From the IMG/VR virus record IMGVR_UViG_3300045970_000591, positions 59,383 through 123,382 of that record: a DNA stretch of 64,000 nucleotides; one strand, 5' to 3'. The position numbers and the translations under genes are program-made. The notes below the pieces were generated by a model. That model searched no databases. It was not told the DNA's origin and worked only from the letters and a program-made list of their open reading frames with translations. Shown one piece after another: positions 42,768 to 51,245 of this stretch (position 1 is the first letter of the stretch; each line of letters begins with the position of its first letter). The stretch is from a virus.

Positions 42768-43106
42768 TGCTGCATAGATTAGAAGTAATGTAAATAGTGG
42801 TTGTATAATCACACTAACTATACATTATTTGAGATAGATGATAAATAACCTTATACAGATAAGTATCTGTATATTTTAACTTGGATATAAAAACGGTATT
42901 AAAATGGCTAACTTTACACGATTACAGAACAATGCACATACGTCCGCCCCAGCGGCTCGTACCTCTGCGAACTGTTTCGGGTATTGGCTCGAGACAAATA
43001 CAGTCGGTAAAAGCTCAAATAGTATTGAACAAGATCCGATGCAAACGGCTTCCTTCTATAAGGGGTCTGGAAACTAAGAAAAAGTAACCAGAACATTTAT
43101 AAAAGG

Positions 43107-43135
43107 AAGCCGCTAGGAAACTAAGCGGCTTTTTT
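43107..43135 (+). terminator. Intrinsic terminator / possible attenuator
   Basis: aagccgct...agcggctt plus T-tract. Confidence 0.7.
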
Positions 43136-43413
43136 GTTGATCGCTGTGAAGCGTGATGGTTAGTTATAGTGTGAAGAACAGGAAACGTGGTCCTGGCCCT
43201 GCACTTAAAACATGGGGCAAACGGGCGGTGACGGGGATGGCTTATCTTCTTGTAGATAAAAAAATCCGTCATATTAAAGCATATTAAGCACCCCTTAAGG
43301 TGTGAGGGAAAGTCCAGCTGGCTGACCCGGCGCAGGCCATAATATGTTTTAATATACACATTCAGGAACCAAATGGGAGTGAAATGTCCGTGGCAGAGTG
43401 TGTTGAATATTTT

Positions 43414-43496
43414 GGAGGTCGAAAGCTAGTGGCTCTAGCACCAGGTCTGTAAAACCTGTCCTTCGGGGAGTGGATCGAAACCACAGGCCTCCACCA
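43414..43496 (+). tRNA. tRNA-Tyr(GTA)
   Basis: caggt-ctgtaaa-acctg, long variable arm, CCA. Confidence 0.9.
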
Positions 43497-43671
43497 CAAT
43501 ACTCTATCTTAAACAGTTGCACATTGGTTAAGGTAGGAAAGGGAGAGTGCAACCTCCCTGAGAGATATGGAGAATCGGGTTTTAGTCCCCGTAGTTCGTT
43601 GTCTGAAACTGACAAGGTGCCATTAATCAGCAGATCCTGTACTGATTTAAAAGAAAAGGGATCACATTTTC

Positions 43672-43746
43672 GGGGGCAGTAATGGGTTACGGCGAAGCCT
43701 TGCAAGTTTCGTGTCTAGAAGGGTTCGATTCCCTCGGTCTCCACCA
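43672..43746 (+). tRNA. tRNA-Cys(GCA)
   Basis: gaagc-cttgcaa-gtttc, TTCGA, CCA. Confidence 0.85.
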
Positions 43747-43750
43747 TTAT

Positions 43751-43825
43751 AGGCTTGACATGAACTGTAGTTCATATCGTTATGACATGACGATTTAGGC
43801 AGTTAGATTCTGCACTAGCCCACCA
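43751..43825 (+). tRNA. Degenerate tRNA-Val(GAC)-like
   Basis: Cloverleaf with mismatched acceptor stem, loop atgacat, T-loop ttagatt, CCA. Confidence 0.45.
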
Positions 43826-43890
43826 GTTACGGGACAAAAAGATAATTCTGTAAAGAATTTATACTGCATTATAAATGTCCCGCCATTTTT

Positions 43891-43947
43891 AAAGAGTTCG
43901 TTCAGCAAATATAAAATTCAACTTTTAATTGAAAAATAAGAACTCTG
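43891..43947 (+). ncRNA. CAGCAA-motif RNA carrying a Lys(TTT) anticodon stem-loop
   Basis: aaagagttc/gaactctg closing stem, cagcaa linker, ttcaa-cttttaa-ttgaa. Confidence 0.65.
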
Positions 43948-43958
43948 TTTTAATTTAT

Positions 43959-44034
43959 ACCATAGAGTCCACCTGGGGGTGATAACTGACTGTCTATCAG
44001 TTCGTGGCGGGTCCGATTCCCGTCTATGGTGCCA
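43959..44034 (+). tRNA. tRNA-Asp(GTC)
   Basis: actga-ctgtcta-tcagt, G73, CCA. Confidence 0.88.
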
Positions 44035-44038
44035 TTTT

Positions 44039-44100
44039 TAAAGACTACCTACAGCGAACTAAAAAACTTTTCTTTGTACGAAAACCAAATGTGTAGTCTG
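44039..44100 (+). ncRNA. CAGC-motif RNA carrying a Thr(TGT) anticodon stem-loop
   Basis: aaagactac/gtagtctg stem, cagcgaa linker, ttttc-tttgtac-gaaaa. Confidence 0.6.
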
Positions 44101-44110
44101 TTTTAATTTC

Positions 44111-44185
44111 GCCCGATTAGCTTAGTGGTAAAGCAACACCTTTGTAACGTGAAGAGCGTCGATTCGATTCCGACATTGGGCACCA
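44111..44185 (+). tRNA. tRNA-Thr(TGT)
   Basis: Loop tttgtaa, weak anticodon stem, CCA. Confidence 0.8.
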
Positions 44186-44255
44186 AATATGTTTAGTTAA
44201 GTATAGTCGCCTATCGCCTACGTGAGTGGTCCCTACAAAACTGAACAACTTTTTA

Positions 44256-44306
44256 GTTTAGTTAAGTATAACTAGTGGACTTTGAATCCATTCTACCTAG
44301 CTAAAC
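44256..44306 (+). ncRNA. Stem-enclosed Gln(TTG) anticodon stem-loop element
   Basis: gtttagttaag/ctagctaaac stem enclosing gtgga-ctttgaa-tccat. Confidence 0.5.
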
Positions 44307-44315
44307 AAACTATTT

Positions 44316-44389
44316 CTCCGTGTACATCAATGGCAGACTAGCTGGCCCGGAACCAGAAGACGAAGGTTCGATTCCTTCCACGGTGACCA
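44316..44389 (+). tRNA. tRNA-Pro(CGG), C33
   Basis: ctgg-cccggaa-ccag, CCA. Confidence 0.75.
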
Positions 44390-44398
44390 AAATTTAAC

Positions 44399-44472
44399 CG
44401 CCTTGTAGCTCAGTGGCAGAGCATTCGACTGATAATCGAACGATGCAGGTCCGATTCCTGACGAGGCGACCA
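44399..44472 (+). tRNA. tRNA-Ile(GAT)
   Basis: ttcga-ctgataa-tcgaa, CCA. Confidence 0.9.
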
Positions 44473-44487
44473 ATATGAAAGTAAAAT

Positions 44488-44724
44488 ATGGAAGTAATAG
44501 GTTGGGCAGGTAGTATATTACTTGCGTTATGTGCTGTGCCATTAGCATGGCAATCATTTAAACAAAAACATTCGACAGGCATATCTAACACATTTTTAAC
44601 AATGTGGTTGGTCGGTGAACTACTTACTTTTTCGTATGTATTACCAAAACAAGATTATCCACTACTTTTTAACTATGGATTAAACATTGCGTGTTTAATC
44701 ATAGTAATAAGATACAAGTTTTAA
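44488..44724 (+). CDS. PQ-loop (SemiSWEET-like) small membrane protein
   Basis: IGWAGSILLALCAVPLAWQSFKQKHSTGIS...PLLFNY; three predicted TM helices. Confidence 0.7.
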   Translation: MEVIGWAGSILLALCAVPLAWQSFKQKHSTGISNTFLTMWLVGELLTFSYVLPKQDYPLLFNYGLNIACLIIVIRYKF

Positions 44725-44728
44725 TAAT

Positions 44729-44803
44729 GTCGCATTGGACTTCTGGTGAGGTCAACAGGCTTTCATCCTGTGTAGAGGGGATCGTAACCCCTATGCGACT
44801 CCA
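44729..44803 (+). tRNA. tRNA-Glu(TTC)
   Basis: acagg-ctttcat-cctgt, CCA. Confidence 0.88.
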
Positions 44804-44854
44804 ATACAGTGTCTGTCTCTTAAATAGTTTTATACAAGTAAAGATAAATAGTAC

Positions 44855-45541
44855 ATGAACTATTTAATAATATATAATAATTTAATAAATCGTGCTATAG
44901 CCCGTGATAAACCTTTGTTGTATACAGAAAATCATCACATTGTTCCGCGCTGCATGGGAGGCAAAGATAATATCCCTAACCTAGTAAGATTAACACCTGA
45001 AGAACATTATGTGGCACACCAATTATTAGTAAAGATATATCCCGATAATCATTTGCTTATATACGCGGCTACAATGATGTGCGTTCAAGGCACATCACAT
45101 AATAAACATAGATCTGGCAATAAACTATATGGATGGCTGAGGCGGAGGTTATCTGTTGCTGCAAGAATCAGGGGCACCGGAGAAAATGGTAGTCAATACG
45201 GTACTTGTTGGATACATGATACTATATTGCAGGTATCTAAGAAGATACATAAAGATACCTTACAGGACTGGCTAGATATCGGATGGAATCCGGGTAGAGT
45301 TATGAATTTTAACAAACCGATTAAGCCAAATAAAATAGATAAGAGAAAAATAATAAAACAAGAAACAGATTCCCGTTATTTGTTAGCTCTTCTTAACTCT
45401 TCATCTATATCGAACGCATTAAGAAGTTTGGGATTGCAAACTCGCGGAGCAGGGTATAGTAGAATGAAAGATGTGATAATACGACACAATTTACAAAATA
45501 AATTTGTTCACGAGTATATTACATGGGGTTCTAAAATTTAA
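44855..45541 (+). CDS. HNH homing endonuclease
   Basis: ENHHIVPRCMGG.D...NLVRLTPEEHYVAH. Confidence 0.88.
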   Translation: MNYLIIYNNLINRAIARDKPLLYTENHHIVPRCMGGKDNIPNLVRLTPEEHYVAHQLLVKIYPDNHLLIYAATMMCVQGTSHNKHRSGNKLYGWLRRRLSVAARIRGTGENGSQYGTCWIHDTILQVSKKIHKDTLQDWLDIGWNPGRVMNFNKPIKPNKIDKRKIIKQETDSRYLLALLNSSSISNALRSLGLQTRGAGYSRMKDVIIRHNLQNKFVHEYITWGSKI

Positions 45542-45546
45542 TATTT

Positions 45547-45621
45547 CTTCCGCAAGCATTAGTGGCGATGCACTCGGCTCTTAACCGATAGAACAAGATT
45601 CGAATTCTTGGCGGAGGACCA
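45547..45621 (+). tRNA. tRNA-Lys(CTT)
   Basis: tcgg-ctcttaa-ccga, CCA. Confidence 0.88.
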
Positions 45622-45627
45622 ATCAAT

Positions 45628-45743
45628 GTCGCTGTAGTGTAATAGTAGCACGCTTAAAGGCAATCCTGTCAAGGATTCTTACAGCAACTCAAATTCCAAT
45701 CATAAGGAAGAGGACTTGGTGCAAATCCAGGCATGCGACACCA
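45628..45743 (+). tRNA. CAT-anticodon tRNA with about 40-nt insertion between D-arm and anticodon arm
   Basis: gtcgc/gcgac acceptor, D-arm, insert aatcctgtcaaggattcttacagcaa, ttcc-aatcataa-ggaa, T-arm, CCA. Confidence 0.55.
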
Positions 45744-45744
45744 T

Positions 45745-45773
45745 TTGACAAAGCAGTTAAAGTATAGTAAAAT
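45745..45773 (+). promoter_or_regulatory. sigma70-type promoter
   Basis: TTGACA-17-TAAAAT. Confidence 0.7.
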
Positions 45774-45807
45774 GTGACAGTACGCAACTTAACACAGAAA
45801 GGTACGC

Positions 45808-46833
45808 ATGAAAAACTATATCGGTATTAGTAGAGATCACAGTGGTTCTATGGGTGGCATTGCTCTTGCAGCAGGCCGCGACTATAACGACAACATTGCT
45901 TCTATCAAAGAAGGTGCAACAGCACACAGCATTGACACTATTGTTAGTGTTGTAAAATGTGGCGCTGGTCGACCAGCAAAGGTTGTGCGGGAAGTAATCA
46001 ACTCAAATGTAAATATGTTGACGCCTATCAAAGACGGCGACTATATTGCAGACGGTAACTCTACTCCTTTATTTGACAGCGTTGGTGACTTGATTGAACA
46101 ACTTCAATCTGTACCAGATGCTAATGATCCGGAAGTTTCCTTTGTTGTAATGACAATCACTGACGGTCAGGAAAATTCCTCCACAAAATGGAATGGTTCA
46201 TCTATCAGTAAAAAGATTAAAGAATTACAAGCAACAGATCGTTGGACATTCGTGTTCCGTGTTCCTCGTGGCGAAAAGCGTGGCCTTATGCAATATGGCA
46301 TCCCAGAAGGTAATATCCTTGAATGGGAACAGACCGAACGCGGCGTCCAGGCAGCAACAGCGGCAACGCGCTCAGCATTTACAAACTATTACAGTGCTCG
46401 TTCTACAGGAACAAAGAGCACAGATAAGTTCTATGCTGATTTAAGCACTGTTTCGTTGAAAGAAGTTAAGAAACAGTTGGTTGATATTTCTAGCCAAGTA
46501 AATGTATTCAAGGTTAAGTCAACCGAAGGCGGTATTCAAATCCGTGATTTTGTTGAACAGCGCACAAAGAAACCAATGGCAAAAGGTACTGCATTTTACC
46601 AGTTAACAAAGACTGAGAATGTGCAAGACTATAAGCAGTTAGCCATTAGGGACAAGCTAAAAGGCACCGTTTTTAGCGGTTTTGCAGCACGTGACATGCT
46701 CGGACTGCCACAAACCGGCGAAGTTAAACTTGCGCCCGGTTCACATGGTCAATATGACATTTTTATTCAATCTACTTCGATTAATCGTAAGTTAGTTGAA
46801 AATACGAATGTGTTGGTCTGGACAACAGTTTAA
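45808..46833 (+). CDS. vWA-domain protein
   Basis: MIDAS-like DHSGSM, STPLFDSVG, ITDGQENSS. Confidence 0.85.
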   Translation: MKNYIGISRDHSGSMGGIALAAGRDYNDNIASIKEGATAHSIDTIVSVVKCGAGRPAKVVREVINSNVNMLTPIKDGDYIADGNSTPLFDSVGDLIEQLQSVPDANDPEVSFVVMTITDGQENSSTKWNGSSISKKIKELQATDRWTFVFRVPRGEKRGLMQYGIPEGNILEWEQTERGVQAATAATRSAFTNYYSARSTGTKSTDKFYADLSTVSLKEVKKQLVDISSQVNVFKVKSTEGGIQIRDFVEQRTKKPMAKGTAFYQLTKTENVQDYKQLAIRDKLKGTVFSGFAARDMLGLPQTGEVKLAPGSHGQYDIFIQSTSINRKLVENTNVLVWTTV

Positions 46834-46856
46834 TATTTAAACTGCAGGATTTTATC

Positions 46857-47111
46857 ATGTATAATGTAATATTAAAAAAAGTATCCGGCGGCAATAACGT
46901 CAGAACAGATGTAGTGATAGGATCCTGTGTCGATTATCCAAAGATAGGCGAGGAGTTTCTTATGCTTGCCGAATCTGTGGATCGTACCAAAGACCTTAGG
47001 ATTGTGCGAACAACTCCTATCAAAACTATAACTGAACAAGATAGCTTTATGTTGATAGAAACACAAAATTCAGTATATAGATTAGAAATCAATTCGCGTG
47101 TAAGATGTTAA
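46857..47111 (+). CDS. Hypothetical protein (3' end overlaps tRNA-Gly)
   Basis: ORF with SD AGGA. Confidence 0.55.
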   Translation: MYNVILKKVSGGNNVRTDVVIGSCVDYPKIGEEFLMLAESVDRTKDLRIVRTTPIKTITEQDSFMLIETQNSVYRLEINSRVRC

Positions 47112-47170
47112 TGGCTGCATGATTGGCTTCCACCCAGTATGAGCAGGTTCGATTCCTGTTACCCGCACCA
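47096..47170 (+). tRNA. tRNA-Gly(TCC)
   Basis: attgg-cttccac-ccagt, CCA. Confidence 0.85.
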
Positions 47171-47335
47171 GTTTTATGTCACGATGCCAGAGGATTTGCC
47201 GGATAAGTGGAATAATAGATCTTCAATACACATAGCATAAGTAAATGCGCTTGAGTTAGTGGCCTTAAATGGAATCTGCAAGAGAAGCTGACGACAAAAT
47301 GGAAACAGTTGTGTTCCTAGAAGATTACCTTATAT

Positions 47336-47409
47336 GGGACCTTAGTTTAACGAAAGAACACATGCCCGATTAGCGTGATGTGAAGGTTTGATTCCTTCAG
47401 GTCCTACCA
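47336..47409 (+). tRNA. Atypical tRNA with GAT anticodon (Ile-like; C33, T37)
   Basis: catgc-ccgatta-gcgtg, good acceptor and T stems, CCA. Confidence 0.6.
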
Positions 47410-47646
47410 AAGTTTATTGATAAGTAGATCCACAACGAGTGGTATTGTGCGGAAATGATCATCCGGTGAATGACCAGATAAGCGTATTGTCGTCTGGCAC
47501 AGCATATCTGAACTTAAGATAGGTTATGCTGTGTGTATCTACTTTTCAATAAATTTTTGAATGAACGAAAAGTCACTGGTGAGACTAGATGCTTTCTTAG
47601 GAGAGCTAGGTTCATTTAGCTGGTCTTGGCTAACCAGCATTTTTAA

Positions 47647-47721
47647 GGATGGGTAGCTCAGAGGAAGAGCGGAAGGTTGTTAACCTTATGGTCGGGATAT
47701 CGTAATTCCCCCTGTCCTCCA
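47647..47721 (+). tRNA. tRNA-Asn(GTT)
   Basis: aagg-ttgttaa-cctt, CCA. Confidence 0.85.
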
Positions 47722-47726
47722 AATAA

Positions 47727-48692
47727 TTATTGACCGTAAGCCGACAAGGTGTTAGGCGTTCCGCTGTTAACGGAAAATGAGCGAGATTCGATTTCTCGAC
47801 GGTCAGCCAGTTTATTTTCATAATTGTCTACTAATGTAATTAGATCATTGTATGACATAGATGATTGAGTCTTTTTCTTATTATTTTCACTATGTGTCAT
47901 TAATTGGCAATTTAGCGGGTGTGTTATGTAAAATGGATCATAATTATTTTTAATTGATTCAGTTACAGATACTTTATGATCTCTCGATAATCCATTTATA
48001 TTCCATGTTCCGGCAGTACCTCCGGGGCTAAACCAGCCGACCTTATTTAATAAATCAATGTCGAATAATTCTGGATAATAGTATACATTAAATGTAAATT
48101 TATATCCAGCTTTAGAACTATTAGAATATAGTGTTCGATGAACATCACAATATTGCTTTTTTATTCTTGATGTAAATTTTATACCACAGTGTTTACAAGA
48201 GCATGTATATATGTATGAAAATGGTCCAGAAGCATTTTTAGTAGTTTCGTGTACAGGTACAATGACCGGTTTTGAATATATAATAACTGGTTTTATTTTA
48301 CGATGTATTACATTAGTTCTAACTTTCTTAGGTGTATGTCCTTTAGATATTAATGATTTTATTACAGATTTAGCGGTTCTTTGTTTATGTTCCTCTGTAA
48401 CAACATACCCGTTTTTAACACGTTCAGCATTAGAGAAAGATGCTGCACAAGAGTGACCGCAGAACAGTTGACTGCCGCCCGGTTTAAATGTTTCTCCACA
48501 TTGCTTACATTGTTTTAATGTTTTTTGATATTTTTGTAGATACTGCACAGGCATTACTTTTCGAGTAAATATGCAGGAACACATTGTTAAAGTTACGGTT
48601 CCGTTAGATGAGCCGTGCATTCGTTTATGTCCGGTTAGTGACATAATACTTCCGAAAATTTTATTACATTCGATGCATTTATAATCATTCAT
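47727..48692 (-). CDS. HNH-like homing endonuclease with Zn-finger N-terminus; ends antisense through tRNA-Asn
   Basis: CxxC pairs, FCGHSCAASFSN; SRDHKVSV...HPLNCQLMTHSENNKK. Confidence 0.75.
   Translation of the reverse strand: MNDYKCIECNKIFGSIMSLTGHKRMHGSSNGTVTLTMCSCIFTRKVMPVQYLQKYQKTLKQCKQCGETFKPGGSQLFCGHSCAASFSNAERVKNGYVVTEEHKQRTAKSVIKSLISKGHTPKKVRTNVIHRKIKPVIIYSKPVIVPVHETTKNASGPFSYIYTCSCKHCGIKFTSRIKKQYCDVHRTLYSNSSKAGYKFTFNVYYYPELFDIDLLNKVGWFSPGGTAGTWNINGLSRDHKVSVTESIKNNYDPFYITHPLNCQLMTHSENNKKKTQSSMSYNDLITLVDNYENKLADRREIESRSFSVNSGTPNTLSAYGQ
47731..47809 (+). tRNA. tRNA-Asn(GTT), second copy
   Basis: ttccg-ctgttaa-cggaa, GCCA. Confidence 0.85.
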
Positions 48693-48746
48693 AATGTATT
48701 TATCAATTATTTAGGTTCGATTCATTAGAACTGAGCTAAATATAAT

Positions 48747-48823
48747 GCCTTCGTACGCTAATCGGTAGTGCGGCTTGTTTTAGAAACATGTGGATGGGGG
48801 TTCGAATCCGCCCGAAGGTACCA
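48747..48823 (+). tRNA. tRNA-Leu(TAG), short variable loop
   Basis: Loop tttagaa, A73, CCA. Confidence 0.82.
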
Positions 48824-48830
48824 TATTAAT

Positions 48831-48907
48831 GCCCCTATACGCTAATCGGTAGTGCGGATAGATTTAAAATCTGTTGGTTGTAGGTTCGAATCCAACTAGG
48901 GGTACCA
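48831..48907 (+). tRNA. tRNA-Leu(TAA), short variable loop
   Basis: ataga-tttaaaa-tctgt, CCA. Confidence 0.85.
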
Positions 48908-48912
48908 GTTTT

Positions 48913-48977
48913 AAAGAATGCTTCCAGCAAGCTCAAAAATTTCAAAACCATTATCTTTGAAAAGAAAAAGCATTCTG
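48913..48977 (+). ncRNA. CAGCAA-motif RNA with non-canonical internal hairpin
   Basis: aaagaatgc/gcattctg stem, cagcaa, ttcaaa-accattatc-tttgaa. Confidence 0.55.
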
Positions 48978-48986
48978 TTTTATTAC

Positions 48987-49061
48987 TCGGGGTTTGTCAT
49001 CTGGTGATGACACTAGTCTTTGAAACTAGGAAGATGCGTTCGATCCGCATACCCCGTGCCA
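48987..49061 (+). tRNA. tRNA-Gln(TTG)
   Basis: ctagt-ctttgaa-actag, GCCA. Confidence 0.85.
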
Positions 49062-49066
49062 GTTTA

Positions 49067-49143
49067 GTCCCTTTCGTCTAGCGGCCAAGGACGTTGTCTT
49101 TTTCGAGGCGGAAACCGAGGTTCGAATCCTTGAAGGGACGCAA
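49067..49143 (+). tRNA. tRNA-Glu body with 8-nt anticodon loop; ends GCAA
   Basis: Proteobacterial Glu-like body; ttgtc-tttttcga-ggcgg. Confidence 0.6.
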
Positions 49144-49149
49144 GAATTT

Positions 49150-49224
49150 ACCCCCGTAGTGAAATGAATATCACGGAACCCTGCGAAGGTTTAGATTCAG
49201 GTTTAATTCCTGGCGGGGGTACCA
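49150..49224 (+). tRNA. tRNA-Arg(GCG)
   Basis: gaacc-ctgcgaa-ggttt, CCA. Confidence 0.8.
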
Positions 49225-49255
49225 AAACGTCATATTTCTTTAATCTAACGCAAAC

Positions 49256-49312
49256 ATATTAGCGTTTATACTGAGGATATTAGCGTTTATACTGAGCAAT
49301 AGTGTATAAATA
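49256..49312 (+). promoter_or_regulatory. Two 20-bp direct repeats (period 21) immediately upstream of a TATAAATA late promoter
   Basis: atattagcgtttatactgag at 49256 and 49277; TATAAATA at 49305. Confidence 0.6.
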
Positions 49313-49390
49313 CTATTAAGCACCCCATAAAGGGGCTTATAACAACTGGTGTTATACCAAAAATGTTTCACCAGATAATGGAGAAATATT

Positions 49391-50077
49391 ATGAAAACAC
49401 AACGCAAGATTTTAGTAGTAGACGACGATCCAGTAGTAGGTAAAAGTTTTGAGAAGGTATTAACTAGCAAAGGCTACGCAGTTATCAACTGCCATAGCGG
49501 TGCAGAGGCCTTAGAAAAACTAGGAAAAGAAGAATACGATGCAGTATTCACTGATCTTAAGATGCCAGAGATGGATGGTATGGAAGTTGCTACAAGAGTA
49601 AAAGCAAGTCAGCCATGGATGCCTATCGTTATTGTTACGGGTTATGGATCCAAAGAAAGTAGAATACAGGCAGAAACATTAGGTATTACTGACTTCATGC
49701 AGAAGCCTTTAACACCGGAAATGATTGAAGAAAGCGCAGATCGCGCAATGCTTGAAAAACAATCTATTGTTGATGTGGTAGAAGAAGTAGCTGCACCTGT
49801 TGCAGAAGAACAACAGTCGAAAGCGTTGGCTATCGCATTATTTTTCGCAGCACCATTTATTGGTTTGCTATACGCAATGTTTATGCCTATCGTAGGTTTA
49901 GGAATGTTAGCATATGTTGCTTATAAGGCATTCGCAAAAACAAAAGTATTCACACACGTTAAGAACGTGGGATTACTTATTTCTGCTCCGTTTATCGGAT
50001 TAGCATACGCAGTATCTATGCCGTTTGTTGGCATAGGCATGCTATTATATGTTGGTGGTAAAGCGGCGTTTAAGTAA
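49391..50077 (+). CDS. Orphan response regulator: CheY-like receiver plus duplicated hydrophobic C-terminal segment
   Basis: ILVVDDD, FTDLKMP (phospho-Asp), VTGYG, KP; two APFIGL.YA..MP.VG.GML repeats. Confidence 0.88.
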   Translation: MKTQRKILVVDDDPVVGKSFEKVLTSKGYAVINCHSGAEALEKLGKEEYDAVFTDLKMPEMDGMEVATRVKASQPWMPIVIVTGYGSKESRIQAETLGITDFMQKPLTPEMIEESADRAMLEKQSIVDVVEEVAAPVAEEQQSKALAIALFFAAPFIGLLYAMFMPIVGLGMLAYVAYKAFAKTKVFTHVKNVGLLISAPFIGLAYAVSMPFVGIGMLLYVGGKAAFK

Positions 50078-50084
50078 AATATAT

Positions 50085-50159
50085 GTATCTCTAGTGTTAG
50101 CGGCAGCACACCGGTCTCCAAAACCGACAGGCAAGGTTCAAATCCTTGGAGGTACGCCA
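50085..50159 (+). tRNA. tRNA-Trp(CCA)
   Basis: cggt-ctccaaa-accg, GCCA. Confidence 0.88.
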
Positions 50160-50164
50160 ATCAT

Positions 50165-50240
50165 GCAACTTTAGCAAATGTGGTCATTGCGCTGGCGTGA
50201 AGTCCCAGACAAACAGGTTCGATCCCTGTAGGTTGCACCA
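50165..50240 (+). tRNA. tRNA-Phe(GAA), atypical loop
   Basis: ctggc-gtgaagt-cccag (31:39 mismatch), CCA. Confidence 0.72.
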
Positions 50241-50277
50241 ATTCTTCCGTAATATACATAATAAGATAAGTATATGT

Positions 50278-50613
50278 ATGGAAATATCATTTACTAGTAT
50301 TAAATCGCTTATTCCAACAGTGATAACAATGTTATCGATGCTTGTTAGTGGATTCTTTTTTCTTAATAACTATTTAACAGCTAACTTTGTTTCGGTAAGA
50401 GATTATGATAAGACTGTGACAGCCGGTGTTATTATTGGTATAGAAAATCAAAAACATATACACGAAAATAGACTTTATCTTCTTAATATGTGTAAAGCAT
50501 GGGCAGCGTGTCCTTATAAAAATTCAGTCGTTGATGACATCGACGCAACTTTACGCGAACTGCAAGATGTTCGCAATCAATTAGAAAACTACCAACGTAG
50601 TAAACTTAAATAA
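50278..50613 (+). CDS. Hypothetical membrane-anchored protein
   Basis: Start reassigned downstream of tRNA-Phe; N-terminal TM helix and coiled C-terminus. Confidence 0.55.
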   Translation: MEISFTSIKSLIPTVITMLSMLVSGFFFLNNYLTANFVSVRDYDKTVTAGVIIGIENQKHIHENRLYLLNMCKAWAACPYKNSVVDDIDATLRELQDVRNQLENYQRSKLK

Positions 50614-50622
50614 GAAAACAAG

Positions 50623-50686
50623 ATTTGTGGTTGACACCAGAGCCTCTTACTGCTACAATGGTAAAGTAAGACAATCATAGAAAACA
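50623..50686 (+). repeat. 64-bp direct repeat, copy 1, containing a sigma70 promoter
   Basis: TTGACA-17-TACAAT; one mismatch to copy 2. Confidence 0.9.
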
Positions 50687-50705
50687 ATAATTTTAGGAAC
50701 AGGGT

Positions 50706-51245
50706 ATGAGATTAGTTGAGATAAAACGAAAATATTTTAACATGATGGACGGTGCAGCAGTGCTAATAGAGGGCTATACTAATCCTGAATCGGAATTAGT
50801 TGCAGAATTTGAAGCTCGGCTTTCTGATAAAGATACATTTTATTATAAATGTAATATTACCGAAAAAGGCACCGGCGATGTGGTATTATTTTTAGACTTT
50901 TTTCTTGACAGAAATAATCCAAACTCTGTCACAATTGATAACATATATCCGGCGCCGTCAAAGGTAGATCCAACTAAAGTGGTTCACACAACACTTGGTC
51001 AACAAAATACGGGAGTTGACGTTGGCCATATCGGTATTAAGTGGGTGTATAGAAAAATTAAAGAATTTGCCAAGAACAATGGCTTTGACATTAAGAAAAT
51101 AGTATCAACGAATCGATATACAGGTGCCCGCGCTAAAAATAATCCAAGCGTAGGTGATGAACCGGGCAAATTTAATGTGAATATGCCGGTGAAAGAAACA
51201 TTAATATATGACTGTGCATCTGATACAATCGTATATGGTACATAA
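50706..51245 (+). CDS. Hypothetical protein (MRLVEI N-terminus) flanked by promoter repeats
   Basis: SD AGGA; sits between the two direct repeats. Confidence 0.7.
   Translation: MRLVEIKRKYFNMMDGAAVLIEGYTNPESELVAEFEARLSDKDTFYYKCNITEKGTGDVVLFLDFFLDRNNPNSVTIDNIYPAPSKVDPTKVVHTTLGQQNTGVDVGHIGIKWVYRKIKEFAKNNGFDIKKIVSTNRYTGARAKNNPSVGDEPGKFNVNMPVKETLIYDCASDTIVYGT

Noticed and set aside
43300-43600. RNase P RNA (gagggaaagtcc resembles GAGGAAAGUCC)
   Set aside because: No complementary distal P4 strand found; motif sits in a short stem-enclosed element and tRNA-Tyr follows; Rfam search would settle it
43015-50277. Short track ORFs overlapping tRNAs (e.g. 43349, 43470, 44327, 44394, 49921, 5' part of 50146)
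   Set aside because: Shadows of RNA genes with no protein-like signatures
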